Assembly: GCF_009914755.1 (NCBI RefSeq)
Contig: NC_060929.1
Strand: one strand, 5' to 3'
Source: the human T2T-CHM13v2.0 reference genome, Homo sapiens
Length of the DNA: 64,000 bases
Part shown: positions 13,923-27,495 of the stretch, one piece after another
How positions within the stretch are numbered: position 1 is the stretch's first letter
Layout of the letters: each line of letters begins with the position of its first letter
Position numbers and translations under genes: made by a program
The notes under the pieces: model-generated
Told to the model about the DNA's origin: nothing
The model's database searches: none
What the model saw: the letters and a program-made list of their open reading frames with translations, nothing else

Positions 13923-16276
13923 GTAAGGTGCCAGGAGACCAAAATATGATCTGTGCTTGAAAGGGTCTTTGAACTCTTTTGGAGGAACCTAAATTTAGTC
14001 ATAATGTGAGAAAGTGGACAAAGGTGGCAAGTTGTAAGATGTAGCCCATTAGTGCTGAGTGTGTCTGCGTGGACAGGGAAAAGCCGGGCTTGTGCTGGCT
14101 TTCCTTGTTTTGTGAGCGCATGGCTGCCTTTGCTGGGGCTTTCCATAAAGAGAGGACCCATGAGGGTTGGGAGAGACAGAGAACGTCCATTTCTATAAGT
14201 AGGGGACCTGCGCGTTGTTGGTCAGAGCTGTTGGGTCTCCTTCCTGGCTGTGAACCTGTCACATGGCTGCCAACATGATTGCCTCTGGATTTTACGAGAC
14301 TTCTCTCAGATGCTAGTAAACGTGAGTGTTACCTAATATTGAGTTTAAATGTGCCAGAGCCAACCTGGTACGAATAATATTAAAGCTAATGTCATAGGCA
14401 TGCACCTGTTAATCAGCTCATCTCATGACAAGAAATAATGTTATTTGGTGTGTGAAAAATAGGTAGGTACTAATTATACCTTGCATATATGTTATTCTTG
14501 GTAGAAATCATATAAAGTTACATGAAAGAAACTACTATGTAGCTTTTGAGGAAAAAATAATTTAAAATAAAAGTTCATATTCAGGGTGACTACAAATTGA
14601 GTAGGGATGTCAACTTACCACACCTTACTTCTGTGTAAAAAAGAAAATTCCCTGCGTCACTGAGGACCTTCACAGAGGATCGTAACTTATTCAGATGCAG
14701 CTCTTGATGAACTGGAAATGAGGGGCCCTTCTGGGTAACTGGGGACTATGCACATGGAAGCTTGTGGTCATAGGATGGGAAAAAGGATCTGGAAGAGTAG
14801 GACTACTGGGGAAAGAGGGGAGGGCGAGGCCTGACTTGCCTCATTTCAAGGCATCAGTGCTCGGAGACCCACCAATTCCTTTAAAGGAAAAGAACGGCAC
14901 TACCAGCTCTGAGATCTTGGACAGTTAGTCCTCAGTCGGGTCATTTGTTGCTGGAATGTTTGGACTGCAGGCTTCCCTCTGAAACCCTGTGAGGCTGTGA
15001 AGGAGTGGAGGAGAGTACACAGCAAACCACTGGGACCCCTGGGGTTTGCACTCAGTCCTGCCCCGGGCTGGCAGCTGGCTCTCTCGATCCTTTCTGCCAA
15101 GGGGCTGGTGCTTCTTGGTCCCGAGATGGTCATCAGGATAGAAACTGGCACAGCTAACTTCTTTTCCTGCTCCTCAGAATGCCATCACTGAAATTGCTCT
15201 TGAAAATTCTTAACAAAAGAGGCTATTTTTTTGAGGAGACACATTAAATGGACATTGTTCTGTGGCAGTTCCTAGTCATTGCTGCACGTGCCTCTAGACT
15301 AAGTTTCCCACTCATTGTGAACCGAGCTTGTCTCTTGCTGCCCTCCAGCCTCTGCTAGCTCTTTGTCCCAGCCTCCCTGTGGCACCGCTACCAGAGTAAT
15401 TTTTCTGAAATAGAAATTTGACTAGGCCGTACCCCTGCTTTTAAACTACCAGTGGTTCTTCTTGTATGTGGGGAGCAGCCTGATACCTCCACATCCTCAC
15501 AACATAGACCACGTTTTTCCTTGCAGCCTGTCTTGTGCTGTGTCCTCCTCTTCCAGGACCCCTCCCGCTCAACACAGTATCCCCTGATCCAGAACTTTCT
15601 GGCACCTTTGAGACAAGGATGGGCGTGGTTAGCCGCTCTCCCTTGCACCTTCTAGAGCTCCCTCTACATGCACCTGTTAACGGCAGTTGTCATGCGTGTG
15701 ATTGTGTGTTACTTTACATGTTTTTACACCGTAGCTGAGAGAGAAGGAGAGGGTTAAGGTGATCTGTGTATGAAAACAGATTGTGGCATAGTTCACTAAG
15801 CTGTGACATTGACAGAACATGGGCCAGGAGCACAGCAGCCTGGACCCTTCTGAGGGCAGGGACCTGGGCAGGGATGTCCAGTCTGCAGGTTCCTCATTCG
15901 GGGCCCAGTGACCACAGTTGCCCTGGATGCTGTAGATGCCATAAGGGAGAGGCAGGAAGAGTGTCAGGCAGCTGGGAGTGGCTGAGAGGCCAAATCGAGA
16001 GGAAGGGGCAGAGGGAAGAGGGCCTTGCATCTGTGGCATGTTCCAGAGCCAGGTGGTTGGAGCTGGTGTTTGTGTGGCATGCCTGGCCATATTCTATAGC
16101 AGCTTAGCAGTCTGAGGTAAGGGTCTAGCTTCCTTATAGGACAGAAGACTCTTCCCACCAAGCAGTATTTGTGATTTAAGTCACCTTTTCAACTCGGCAG
16201 TGGTTTTCAGAAACCAGACACTAAAGGATAACTGGAAGGAAAGTGCTTTTTCAAAAGCTGTTACCTACAAATAATT

Positions 16277-16532
<256 letters not shown>

Positions 16533-17307
16533 TTATAAGACCATGGAGTCTGTATTGTCACTAGGTTTGGAAATTATTTAAAAGTAAAAATACATTTTGT
16601 TTTCATTGACTTACACAATAGGAATTTCTAGTATGTATGAGTTTGTAGACTAAGGAGACCTTAAATCAGTTTTAAGGACTAAGTGGTTCACTTTTATGAC
16701 TGCAGGATTTTTAGTGCAGTCTATGAAAGGCCATCTTAGTAGCAGAGAAACTGGCATGTTTTCCTCGACCTGCACCATCTTACTTGTGTGCACGTCACGT
16801 AACCTGGGACCAAGGAGGGATCGGGGCCCAGTTAGGGAGGGCATAGCAGGACACACGTGTGCCCGTGTGATTGGCATTCAAGGACGCTGCCCGCAGGCTG
16901 GAATGCTGCCCGTTTCTTCAGTAGATTTGTCTTTCCCTGACCAGCCTGAGAATTTCCCTCAGTTCTTTTTCTGTGCTGTACAAAAGCCCTGAAACTCCCA
17001 GGAATCCTTGGTAGGTTCCATGCGGGAAAGAATGGTTTCTTCAGTCATCGTATTTTGAAGCTGGTTATTGAATGAAAACTAAGATAAGCTTAGAACAAGT
17101 TTAATTAGTTTAAAATGAAAAGCTAGATGGGCCTAGAAGAGGAAATCATGCTAATTTGCTAGGTGTTTGCATAAAGTCACTAAATGTATTTGCATATCAG
17201 ATGAACGAAAAATTGCTAAAAGATACACATTGTCTGAGTCTGTTCTTCTTAAGCAGATCATACAATTAAAAATTACATAGAAGAAGATAGAAAAAGTAGC
17301 TTGTCTT

Positions 17308-17644
<337 letters not shown>

Positions 17645-19631
17645 TCATGAAGCTTTTTTAGAAGTTGCTAAAGGCTCTCGTGACAGAAGTTAGTCTTCCT
17701 TGCTGCCAGGTGTTCCACAGTGGCTCTCGTCCTCACTTTATCTGGAGTATAGTTGTCACTGTCTCTTTTTGCAATAAATTCCTGGCCCTCTGATGAACAA
17801 GTAATACAAACATGAGGTCATAACAACTCACTTTAAAAAGGTGCAAAGTCAAGGTGATGTTTACTGAGCATTAGCTCAGGAATCTCTTTAAGAAACCCCT
17901 GGAAGAAGGTGGCTGCCGGAAGTCTTGTTGAAGACCAGGCTCTTAGACTCCAAAAACTGAGACCTCTGTACTCTGGTTCTTTTACCCCAGAGGACAGAAT
18001 AGACACTTGTTCCTGAGAAGAGAGAAAAGGGGATGCATTTTACCTAGGGGACAAATATTTTCTACCTCGAGGTAGAATGCAGCAGGTGGTTGATAGAAAT
18101 TTCAGCCCATTTGCCCCTCAAGCCCAGATTTGGAAGTATTCCAAGATGCTGTTTTCTCTAAAAAGAATCCTGAGGTTCGTAGCCTCCTTTCAGAATGCCT
18201 GCAGCCTGGTGCTTTGTTCTGTTTTTGTTTTGTTTTTTAAGTATTTGGAAGGAATGTTGATTGGCCTGACATAAGTTTGGGTTTGATTTGGGAGGATCTT
18301 TCTCCTCCTACACGTTGTCATCCACTCTTAGTCCCCCTGCAGTATGCATTCCCCTTCAGTCCTGTGTATGGCATTTATTCACATCAGTTCTGTTGATAAT
18401 GCTCCTGCTATTTGTCCTTTTTTGTTTGTCCTCCTTTCCTTTTGAATGCATTTTTCACTGTTTATTTGTTCATTCACTCTTTTCACTCATTCATTCCAAA
18501 GGGTCTCTCAAGGCAATGGTAATGTGCAAGGAGGTGATACCTAAATGAATGACCAAAAGAACATGCTTCTGCTTTTGTGTGTCTCCTACATTTTAGACAT
18601 TTGTTTGTTTCTCTTGGTAGCCTTTAAATTCCTTGAAGCCCAGGACCATGTCTCACTTACCTTTGTGTTTCCACTAACTAGTCTACCTCCTGGAATTGGC
18701 AGATACTCAGTGAAAGCCTGTGAAATAAGTGATGTCTATTTCTAGCATATTATTCTGAGATTTAATGATAGATTTAGTGATTGAATGAGATTTCCATTTT
18801 CAAATACAGCAAAAGCATAACTATTTTCATTCATTCATATTCATTCAACTTCATTCTCAAAATTAGGTCCTGAGTTAACTAATAATTACCTTTGAAATGT
18901 GTGGGTTATTTGAGGCAATCAGGTGGTGACATTGAGCTCTCAGCCAGAGTTTGTTTCTGGAATTGATTCAGTTCCATTGCATTGATTTTTGTTCTCAGAA
19001 GCCAAGGTTTCCCAGGAAAAATCATTCCCACTTGAATTGGGCTGTGATTCTTGCTGCGTTTAAGTAAAGGAAGCCTCTTGGTTCTAGTTCTGCAAACTTA
19101 CACACTGAACTGGGACAAGTTTTTGTTTAGAGTAATGGCTGGGAAAAGAGGAACCTTTCATTTTATTCAGAAGTCAAAAACAAAGGCCTCCCAGCCACCT
19201 GGAGATGTTTTGTTGCAGACACCAGCCTGGCTCTGTCTTTATGCCTAACAATTGAGCATCCAGTCTTCTTTGTGCTGGGACCATTGCTCAGCTCTGCAAG
19301 GGGAAAAGAGGGAGAAAGCCAGAGCTGCCAGGCTTCTTGCACTGGGGCTGGGGGAGGGTTCCTGGGAAGCAGGTGCTCTCTGGCTTCTTGGTACGTGAGG
19401 CTCTCGGAGCTGCCTCTCCTCTGACCCTCAGGTCCTCACCGAGTTTGCTCCAGGAGTATATTGAAAACATACCCAGTGCTCTCTCAAGCACCCACTGCTT
19501 AGAGGGCCCAGATTTCTTTTCCTTCTTTCCCTTGCAGAGCTGGAGACTGCATCGGGCATCTGGTGTTTAAACTAAACAGGAAAACTGACTAAAGGTCCAC
19601 AGTGCTCATTGTGTAGACTAGCTGCCCTCCG

Positions 19632-19997
19632 ATGGGTGCTCTGATTATCAGTGGTTCCAGTGCAGGGCCTGTCACTAAGCAGGCCTCACTTCCTCCTTGG
19701 GGGCTTTCCCATGGGAGGTGTGGCTTTTTACTCTACATGGAAATGACTCTCTGCAGCCACAGAACACAGTCATTTTCTGAATTATCCCAGTCTCTCATGC
19801 GCCCTGGATTCCTCCAGATGCCTTATATCTCTTGTGCAAAGTTGTCTAAAATTTGGTTCCCAGCTTCCAAGCCTTGCCTTTTGGCCTTCCTGGAAGTATT
19901 TTTGTTGATGAGTCGTCTGTCATTATTCTCTAAAATGATTTGCTTTTTGTTTCTTTCATTCCTATTTCCACCCCACATATACACACATGCTTCTTAA
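19632..19997 (+). other. Intronic single-exon 121-aa ORF (MGALIISG...), recalled as the UNQ1870/GALI1870 cDNA prediction; coding status doubtful
   Basis: True ATG with +4 G, stop at 19995-19997, AATAAA at 20016-20021. The name match is from memory and unverified. Confidence 0.4.
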
Positions 19998-20192
19998 CTT
20001 AGGGGATTACATGCCAATAAATCTATTGTTGAAAATGCACTAATACTATCGCAAAGATGAAAATTCACAGGCTGAACCGTTGTAAGTCCATATGCTCCTC
20101 AACTTACATGTGTGATGGAGTTATGCCCAAATAAGTCCATCGTCAAGTTGAAAAATCAAAATCAAGCCATCTTAGGTTGAGGACCATTTGTT
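19986..20192 (+). mobile_element. MER47/Tigger5-family relic
   Basis: atgctcctcaacttac...gatggagttatgcccaaataagtccatcgtcaagttgaaaaatc resembles MER47 terminal sequence. Confidence 0.6.
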
Positions 20193-20239
20193 TGTACCTC
20201 CAAAGATGTCATATCTTTAAACATACTCCCTAGCTTTTC

Positions 20240-21100
20240 TTTTTACTTTTTATTTTGAAGTAATTATAGAATCACAGAAAGTTGCAAAAAAAAAAAAAAA
20301 GAGAGAGAAATGGACAAGGAGGTCCCATGCATCTTCACCAAGCCTCCCACAGCGGTAGCATCTTGCATAACCTCAGCACACAATCAAACCAGGACACTGA
20401 CTTTGCTGCAGCCCTCAAGGCTTATTCACTTTCCGCGAGGTTTAGATGTGTATGTGTGCCCATGTGTATGTGTGTGTTTAGTCCTGTGCAATTGTATCAT
20501 GTATAGATTTGTGTAACCACCATCACTTTCAAGATACAGAACCATACAGAATTTTCCCATCATCAAAGGGTTCCCTGCACTGGCTTCCTTCAGTGATATC
20601 TAACCCCTGCTCCATCTCTAACCCCTGGCAACCACTTATCTGTTCTTCTCTGCTTCTATTATTTTGTTATTTCTAAAATGTTACATAAATGGAGTCATGC
20701 AGCATGTAACTTTTTGAGATGGCTTTTTTTTAACTCAGCACAATTCCTTTGACACACCCACTTTGTCGCATGTGTCTGTAGTAGTTCCTTCCTCTTTATT
20801 GCTGAGTGGTATTTCATGGTCTGGATATATCACAGTTTATTTAACTATTTGTCCACTGGGGACATTCGAGTTATTTTCCGTTTTTGGCTATTACAGGGAA
20901 ATACACAGAAATTATGAACAATCCTGTCTAGGTTTTTGCGTGAACATGGTTTTCATTTCTTTGGAACAAATGCCCAGGAGTGCGTTTGCTGGGTCCTTTG
21001 GTAAGCACACGTTTAGTTTTTAAAAGACACTGCCAAACTGTTTTCCAGAATGAGCGTACCATGGTACATTACCACCAGAAATGTATGTGAGTGATCTTCA
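20240..21100 (-). mobile_element. Old L1M (MB/MC-type) 3' fragment
   Basis: acccctggcaaccacttatctgttc...ataaatggagtcatgcag...tgccaaactgttttccaga are antisense L1M 3' motifs. Confidence 0.75.
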
Positions 21101-22755
21101 GCTCTTCAGCATCTTACAAGTCCAGGATTGCTTTAAGCTTGTCAGTGAGAATGGTTAAAATCCAGTATGTAATATTTTAGAGTAGAAAGTTCAGTGTATA
21201 TGATCGAGCCTCAGTAATTTTTGTTTAATATGAATTATTTAGCTGCGCTCTTTAGTGCATTAAATTCTCTCTATATGCTTTTACACATTTGATTTCTTTA
21301 TTTTTCTGACATGGGTACAAATGAGTAATTAAATATGTCCACCAGCTGGTGAAAGCAAGAGGAAACTAACAGCCTAGAACTGTCGACTGCATCATCAGCC
21401 CCTGTGTGACTGAGCATTAGATTTGACCTTGGCATCACTTGGCACCTGCTGGCGTAGCATTATGTCTTTACATAGACTGCGGTATCTAGCGTGGCATACT
21501 GATTTTAAAAAACAGGTGGTCTTCCCATTGGTGGGAATATCCAAAAAAAATACATCTAGTCAATTATGTCTTTCTATAAAAATATAATCTTTATTGAAAT
21601 AATTGAGAAAATATAGTATAACAAACACACCCCCTAAATTTGCTGAGTGATCTGGGATAAGTTACTGTGTAGTACCTCAACTTCCTTAGCTACAATATAG
21701 GATAATACAATCTCTAAGGAAAGTGAGACAAATTAAATTACACGTGGAAAGCACCTCAGAATGCTTTTCTTAGAGTAGCTGCTGGCCAGTGTTCTTTTTT
21801 CCTGTCCTGACCCCGATTGTAACATCGATATAGATAAAATAATACAGACTTTAAAGTAAGGGGCAAAGATACAAATATCTAGGTATAATGTTGTCTCTAC
21901 CTCATTAATCTTTGAACAACAGTAACTGCTTAATCTTCCTGTCCTCCTCCGAGTAATAACCTCACTCTGATCCTATTCTTAACATCAAAACCAAAAGCCT
22001 TTCGTGGGATATACACAACTCTGTCCATCTCCAGCTGCTGGCCCTCAGAGCAGAGTAGACTGCTGGGAAGAACCCTTACCCATAGTTCCCTTCATATTGG
22101 CAAAAATCATTTTGTACACATCACTAAGTACAAAGTATTTAGATCTTAGATCCCAGCTAAAGTTTCAACAGAAATAAGTGATTTTTTTTTCCTCCAAATA
22201 AACATGTATAAAGCATTTGTACTGGCCAGTGGGAAGAGAGTGATATTATAATATTATCTGAAAGGAAAGTCCTTTTATCAGAATAACTTAAAACGCTACA
22301 TTTTTTTTCTGTAAGATGATGTAAAATTGTGGTTTAAATTTATACAATTTTTATTTGTTAACATCGGATCACTATTTTCAAGTAGAGAAAAGTTTTATGC
22401 CAACAGAGAGCTTAGAAGTTATTGTGGAAGATCATGCAGTGCTGATATACCTGACACATCATAGTCACCGAGTAGATGATTATCGGATGAAGGAATTAAC
22501 AATATATTATCTTCATTTGTAACGCAGTTTTTCAGTAGGGATTGATTGAAAATATAAGACTGTCCACTGACTTCAGATTTTATAGTTTCTTGCTGAGGGT
22601 CATTTGTAAATGGAGGGTTGTAAATGTCTGCTTTAATTAGCTGTTTGTCAGTAGGACTTGATTAATGTAATGTAAAAGGTGAGGCACTTCAACACAAGGT
22701 CAAGAGATGAAGTGTTAAGGCCTTAAAATGCCCAATTGGAAATAGGCGTACATGA

Positions 22756-23058
<303 letters not shown>

Positions 23059-24202
23059 TAAAGGGCATTTTATGATTCTCTATTTCTTATTTTGTTACTC
23101 AGCTTCATAAACTAAATATTTTATTATCAAAGAACCACAAGTCTTTGGTGAGGAAAGAGGTAAACTTACCTGTATGTATTTTCGTATGTATTTCTGACAC
23201 ATTTGTACTGATCTTCGTTGTTCTTATTGAATAGGTAGAGAGATTGGCCAACAATGTATTAGCTAGAGTTTTGCCAGGACAGCTTAAAAGCTCCAGATAA
23301 GCCAGGCTTGGAGAGACTGGTAAGGCTTTTTGGGTTTTGTTATCATTTGTTTGTTTTCCCTTCCATTTGTTGAGGTACAAAAATCAGAACCAGAAGATCA
23401 AGGAAGGGTTGAGCTTTCTGCTTGAGAGCTGTGATGTTGATGAACGACAAGCAGAAAGTGGACCCCATCATCTCTCACTTTGGTTCTTGGTCTCCTCGAG
23501 GGGAGCACTCTCCAGACATAGGCCAGAAGAAGCAAAAGCCCCAAATGGTGAAGGCTTTGTAAGGAAAGACTTATTTAATCTAAGCACGTTCAAGCCTCTG
23601 TTCTAGGACAAATTAGATCCCTGGGTACCAAAAGAACTTGATAATTATATCACCATATTGAGCATATCAGTCCAAGCAACTGTGGGAAAGTGGGCTGATG
23701 CCAGAAGCTGAAAACGCACTTGTGCTTTTTAAAGAAGGTGGATTTCACGCATTACTCAGAGTGAGGTTAATCCTAGGCAGAGTTCTAGAGACAATTTTTA
23801 AACCGCTGGTCAGGAAAAGTGAATGAACAAGTTATAATGTGTTAACTTTATTTTGTTCTCTACTAGGTTTCTGGCTTGAGGAAGGACATGTGGTGGAATT
23901 AGTGGGCAGGCATTTGACCAGGCCTTTCAACATTTAATTTGTAGACAAGAAAGGAAAGTATGGGCTATCTCTTAGTTACTAGAATTAGACTGTTGAATGG
24001 CTATAATAAAAGAATCAACCAAGGGTGCTAGCACGAGACCAAAACTCTCCTCATCCTCCCACACTGATCTCCAGGTAGAAGATGTCAGGAGGCAAGCTTC
24101 TGATAGTAAGACAGTCCTCATACCCCACAGGTCAGTAAGGAAGTCACGTCCAGTCTGGAGCCACAGTTAGATCAGACGTGCTGACTGACAAAGGTAGTGG
24201 TG

Positions 24203-26446
24203 GATGATGCTGGACCAGTCATCTCAGGTGGACCTGAGGTCCTGCAGAACAGAGATGATGCTGGACCAGTCATCTCAGGCGGACCTGAGGTCCTGCAGAA
24301 CAGAGATGATGCTGGACCAGTCATCTCAGGCGGACCTGAGGTCCTGCAGAACAGAGATGATGCTGGACCAGTCATCTCAGGCGGACCTGAGGTCCTGCAG
24401 AACAGAGATGATGCTGGACCAGTCATCTCAGGCGGACCTGAGGTCCTGCAGAACAGAGATGATGCTGGACCAGTCATCTCAGGCGGACCTGAGGTCCTGC
24501 AGAACAGAGATGATGCTGGACCAGTCATCTCAGGCGGACCTGAGGTCCTGCAGAACAGAGATGATGCTGGACCAGTCATCTCAGGCGGACCTGAGGTCCT
24601 GCAGAACAGAGATGATGCTGGACCAGTCATCTCAGGCGGACCTGAGGTCCTGCAGAACAGAGATGATGCTGGACCAGTCATCTCAGGCGGACCTGAGGTC
24701 CTGCAGAACAGAGATGATGCTGGACCAGTCATCTCAGGCGGACGTGAGGTCCTGCAGAACAGAGATGATGCTGGACCAGTCATCTCAGGCGGACCTGAGG
24801 TCCTGCAGAACAGAGATGATGCTGGACCAGTCATCTCAGGCGGACCTGAGGTCCTGCAGAACAGAGATGATGATGGACCAGTCATCTCAGGCGGACCTGA
24901 GGTCCTGCAGAACAGAGATGATGCTGGACCAGTCATCTCAGGCGGACCTGAGGTCCTGCAGAACAGAGATGATGCTGGACCAGTCATCTCAGGCGGACCT
25001 GAGGTCCTGCAGAACAGAGATGATGCTGGACCAGTCATCTCAGGCGGACCTGAGGTCCTGCAGAACAGAGATGATGATGGACCAGTCATCTCAGGCGGAC
25101 CTGAGGTCCTGCAGAACAGAGATGATGATGGACCAGTCATCTCAGGCGGACCTGAGGTCCTGCAGAACAGAGATGATGCTGGACCAGTCATCTCAGGCGG
25201 ACCTGAGGTCCTGCAGAACAGAGATGATGCTGGACCAGTCATCTCAGGCGGACCTGAGGTCCTGCAGAACAGAGATGATGCTGGACCAGTCATCTCAGGC
25301 GGACCTGAGGTCCTGCAGAACAGAGATGATGCTGGACCAGTCATCTCAGGCGGACCTGAGGTCCTGCAGAACAGAGATGATGCTGGACCAGTCATCTCAG
25401 GCGGACCTGAGGTCCTGCAGAACAGAGATGATGCTGGACCAGTCATCTCAGGCGGACCTGAGGTCCTGCAGAACAGAGATGATGCTGGACCAGTCATCTC
25501 AGGCGGACCTGAGGTCCTGCAGAACAGAGATGATGCTGGACCAGTCATCTCAGGCGGACCTGAGGTCCTGCAGAACAGAGATGATGCTGGACCAGTCATC
25601 TCAGGCGGACCTGAGGTCCTGCAGAACAGAGATGATGCTGGACCAGTCATCTCAGGCGGACCTGAGGTCCTGCAGAACAGAGATGATGATGGACCAGTCA
25701 TCTCAGGCGGACCTGAGGTCCTGCAGAACAGAGATGATGCTGGACCAGTCATCTCAGGCGGACCTGAGGTCCTGCAGAACAGAGATGATGCTGGACCAGT
25801 CATCTCAGGCGGACCTGAGGTCCTGCAGAACAGAGATGATGCTGGACCAGTCATCTCAGGCGGACCTGAGGTCCTGCAGAACAGAGATGATGCTGGACCA
25901 GTCATCTCAGGCGGACCTGAGGTCCTGCAGAACAGAGATGATGCTGGACCAGTCATCTCAGGCGGACCTGAGGTCCTGCAGAACAGAGATGATGCTGGAC
26001 CAGTCATCTCAGGCGGACCTGAGGTCCTGCAGAACAGAGATGATGATGGACCAGTCATCTCAGGCGGACCTGAGGTCCTGCAGAACAGAGATGATGATGG
26101 ACCAGTCATCTCAGGCGGACCTGAGGTCCTGCAGAACAGAGATGATGCTGGACCAGTCATCTCAGGCGGACCTGAGGTCCTGCAGAACAGAGATGATGAT
26201 GGACCAGTCATCTCAGGCGGACCTGAGGTCCTGCAGAGCAGAGATGATGCTGGACCAGTCATCTCAGGCGGACCTGAGGTCCTGCAGAACAGAGATGATG
26301 CTGGACCAGTCATCTCAGGTGGACCTGAGGTCCTGCAGAACAGAGATGATGCTGGACCAGTCATCTCAGGCGGACCTGAGGTCCTGCAGAACAGAGATGA
26401 TGCTGGACCAGTCATCTCAGGCGGACCTGAGGTCCTGCAGAACAGA
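24203..26446. repeat. 51-bp minisatellite (VNTR-like), exactly 44 copies
   Basis: Unit GATGATGCTGGACCAGTCATCTCAGGCGGACCTGAGGTCCTGCAGAACAGA; 2244 bp = 44 x 51; no indels, only four variant positions. Confidence 0.99.
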
Positions 26447-27495
26447 CTAGTTTAATCCCTGGTGTCACCGCCTGTAGGGGAGAAGAGTGCAGTCTTGCCT
26501 TTTAACTGACTCCACGTAACCTATTCAGGACTTTTATGTCTGTATGTGACATCTGGAGAGACTGCTCATCCCAATTCAGGCATCCGGAAAACTACTTTGC
26601 TGTGTTAAGCGCTATTTTTCTTAAAAATGGGCAAATTTCCAGCGTATAGCAAGGACAGGCTTAGTGCCACAGCCGAAATAATTGTTGCTGCGTTAAAAGC
26701 TTTGCAAGTGAGACTGTCAGTGCAGAGGTTGGTGAGTGGATGACGTCAGCAGTGCTGGAGGGAGTTTCTAGCGTCATGTTGCAGGTGTCTGTTCTCATGC
26801 AGAAAGCCTGTGAGTGGTTGAATTGGTTTGGAAGGTGTGTGTATCAAATCTAGACAAGGGCCTGTCAGATACGTCAGGTGCTAGAATTCAGATCCCAACA
26901 GATCTCAGCACCAAATCAACCACAGAAAGTTTCATTAATCAGTTTTAATATATGAGTGTTTTGAATCAGTACAGAGTAAGAATCACATAGGTGGCAACAG
27001 CATGTGTTTAATGAAGAAATGAGCTTACATGTGTTATTTGGTTGAGTCCACAATGCTGTCATGCCCCCAAATAACTCCTTCCACTGTGGTGACCAAGGGA
27101 GGCCGTCGTCTTGCTTTCTGGCTGCTGTTTGGATCACGTGGGTATTGTGTACAGTTGTCCAGTCCCTATGTCGTTTTGTTTTGCTTAATGAATATCACAT
27201 CAATTTAATGTGTCCACACTGGGCAAAACTGACTTGAGGAGTGTGAGAGTAATAAAAACAGGATATATTCCAGAATGATCATCTGGTAAGAACATGCCCT
27301 GGAAGCTATAGTTATAATATCCTCGAACAGATTACACTGGTTATTTATACACTCTTTAGACTTCTTAGTGCTCAACAATTGATGAAATACCATTTCTGGG
27401 GAGTCATGCTTATGTTTAATTTTCAGTAAGGACTGGCCACAGTTCTATTTATTTCTACTAAAAACATCTCCTTGGCAAGGAAAATGCCCTTTCCA

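Noticed and set aside
24226-24242. Resemblance of AGGCGGACCTGAGGTC to Alu GGCGGATCACCTGAGGTCAGG
   Set aside because: Match is too short and gapped, and the flanks are not Alu-like
24203-26446. CRISPR-like array (regular palindromic repeats)
   Set aside because: Units are head-to-tail with no unique spacers, there are no cas genes, and the context is a human intron
24172-26455. Three ~750-aa ORFs as annotated genes
   Set aside because: They are a by-product of a 17-codon unit lacking stops; no promoter, domain or non-repetitive coding part. Kept only as a hypothesis
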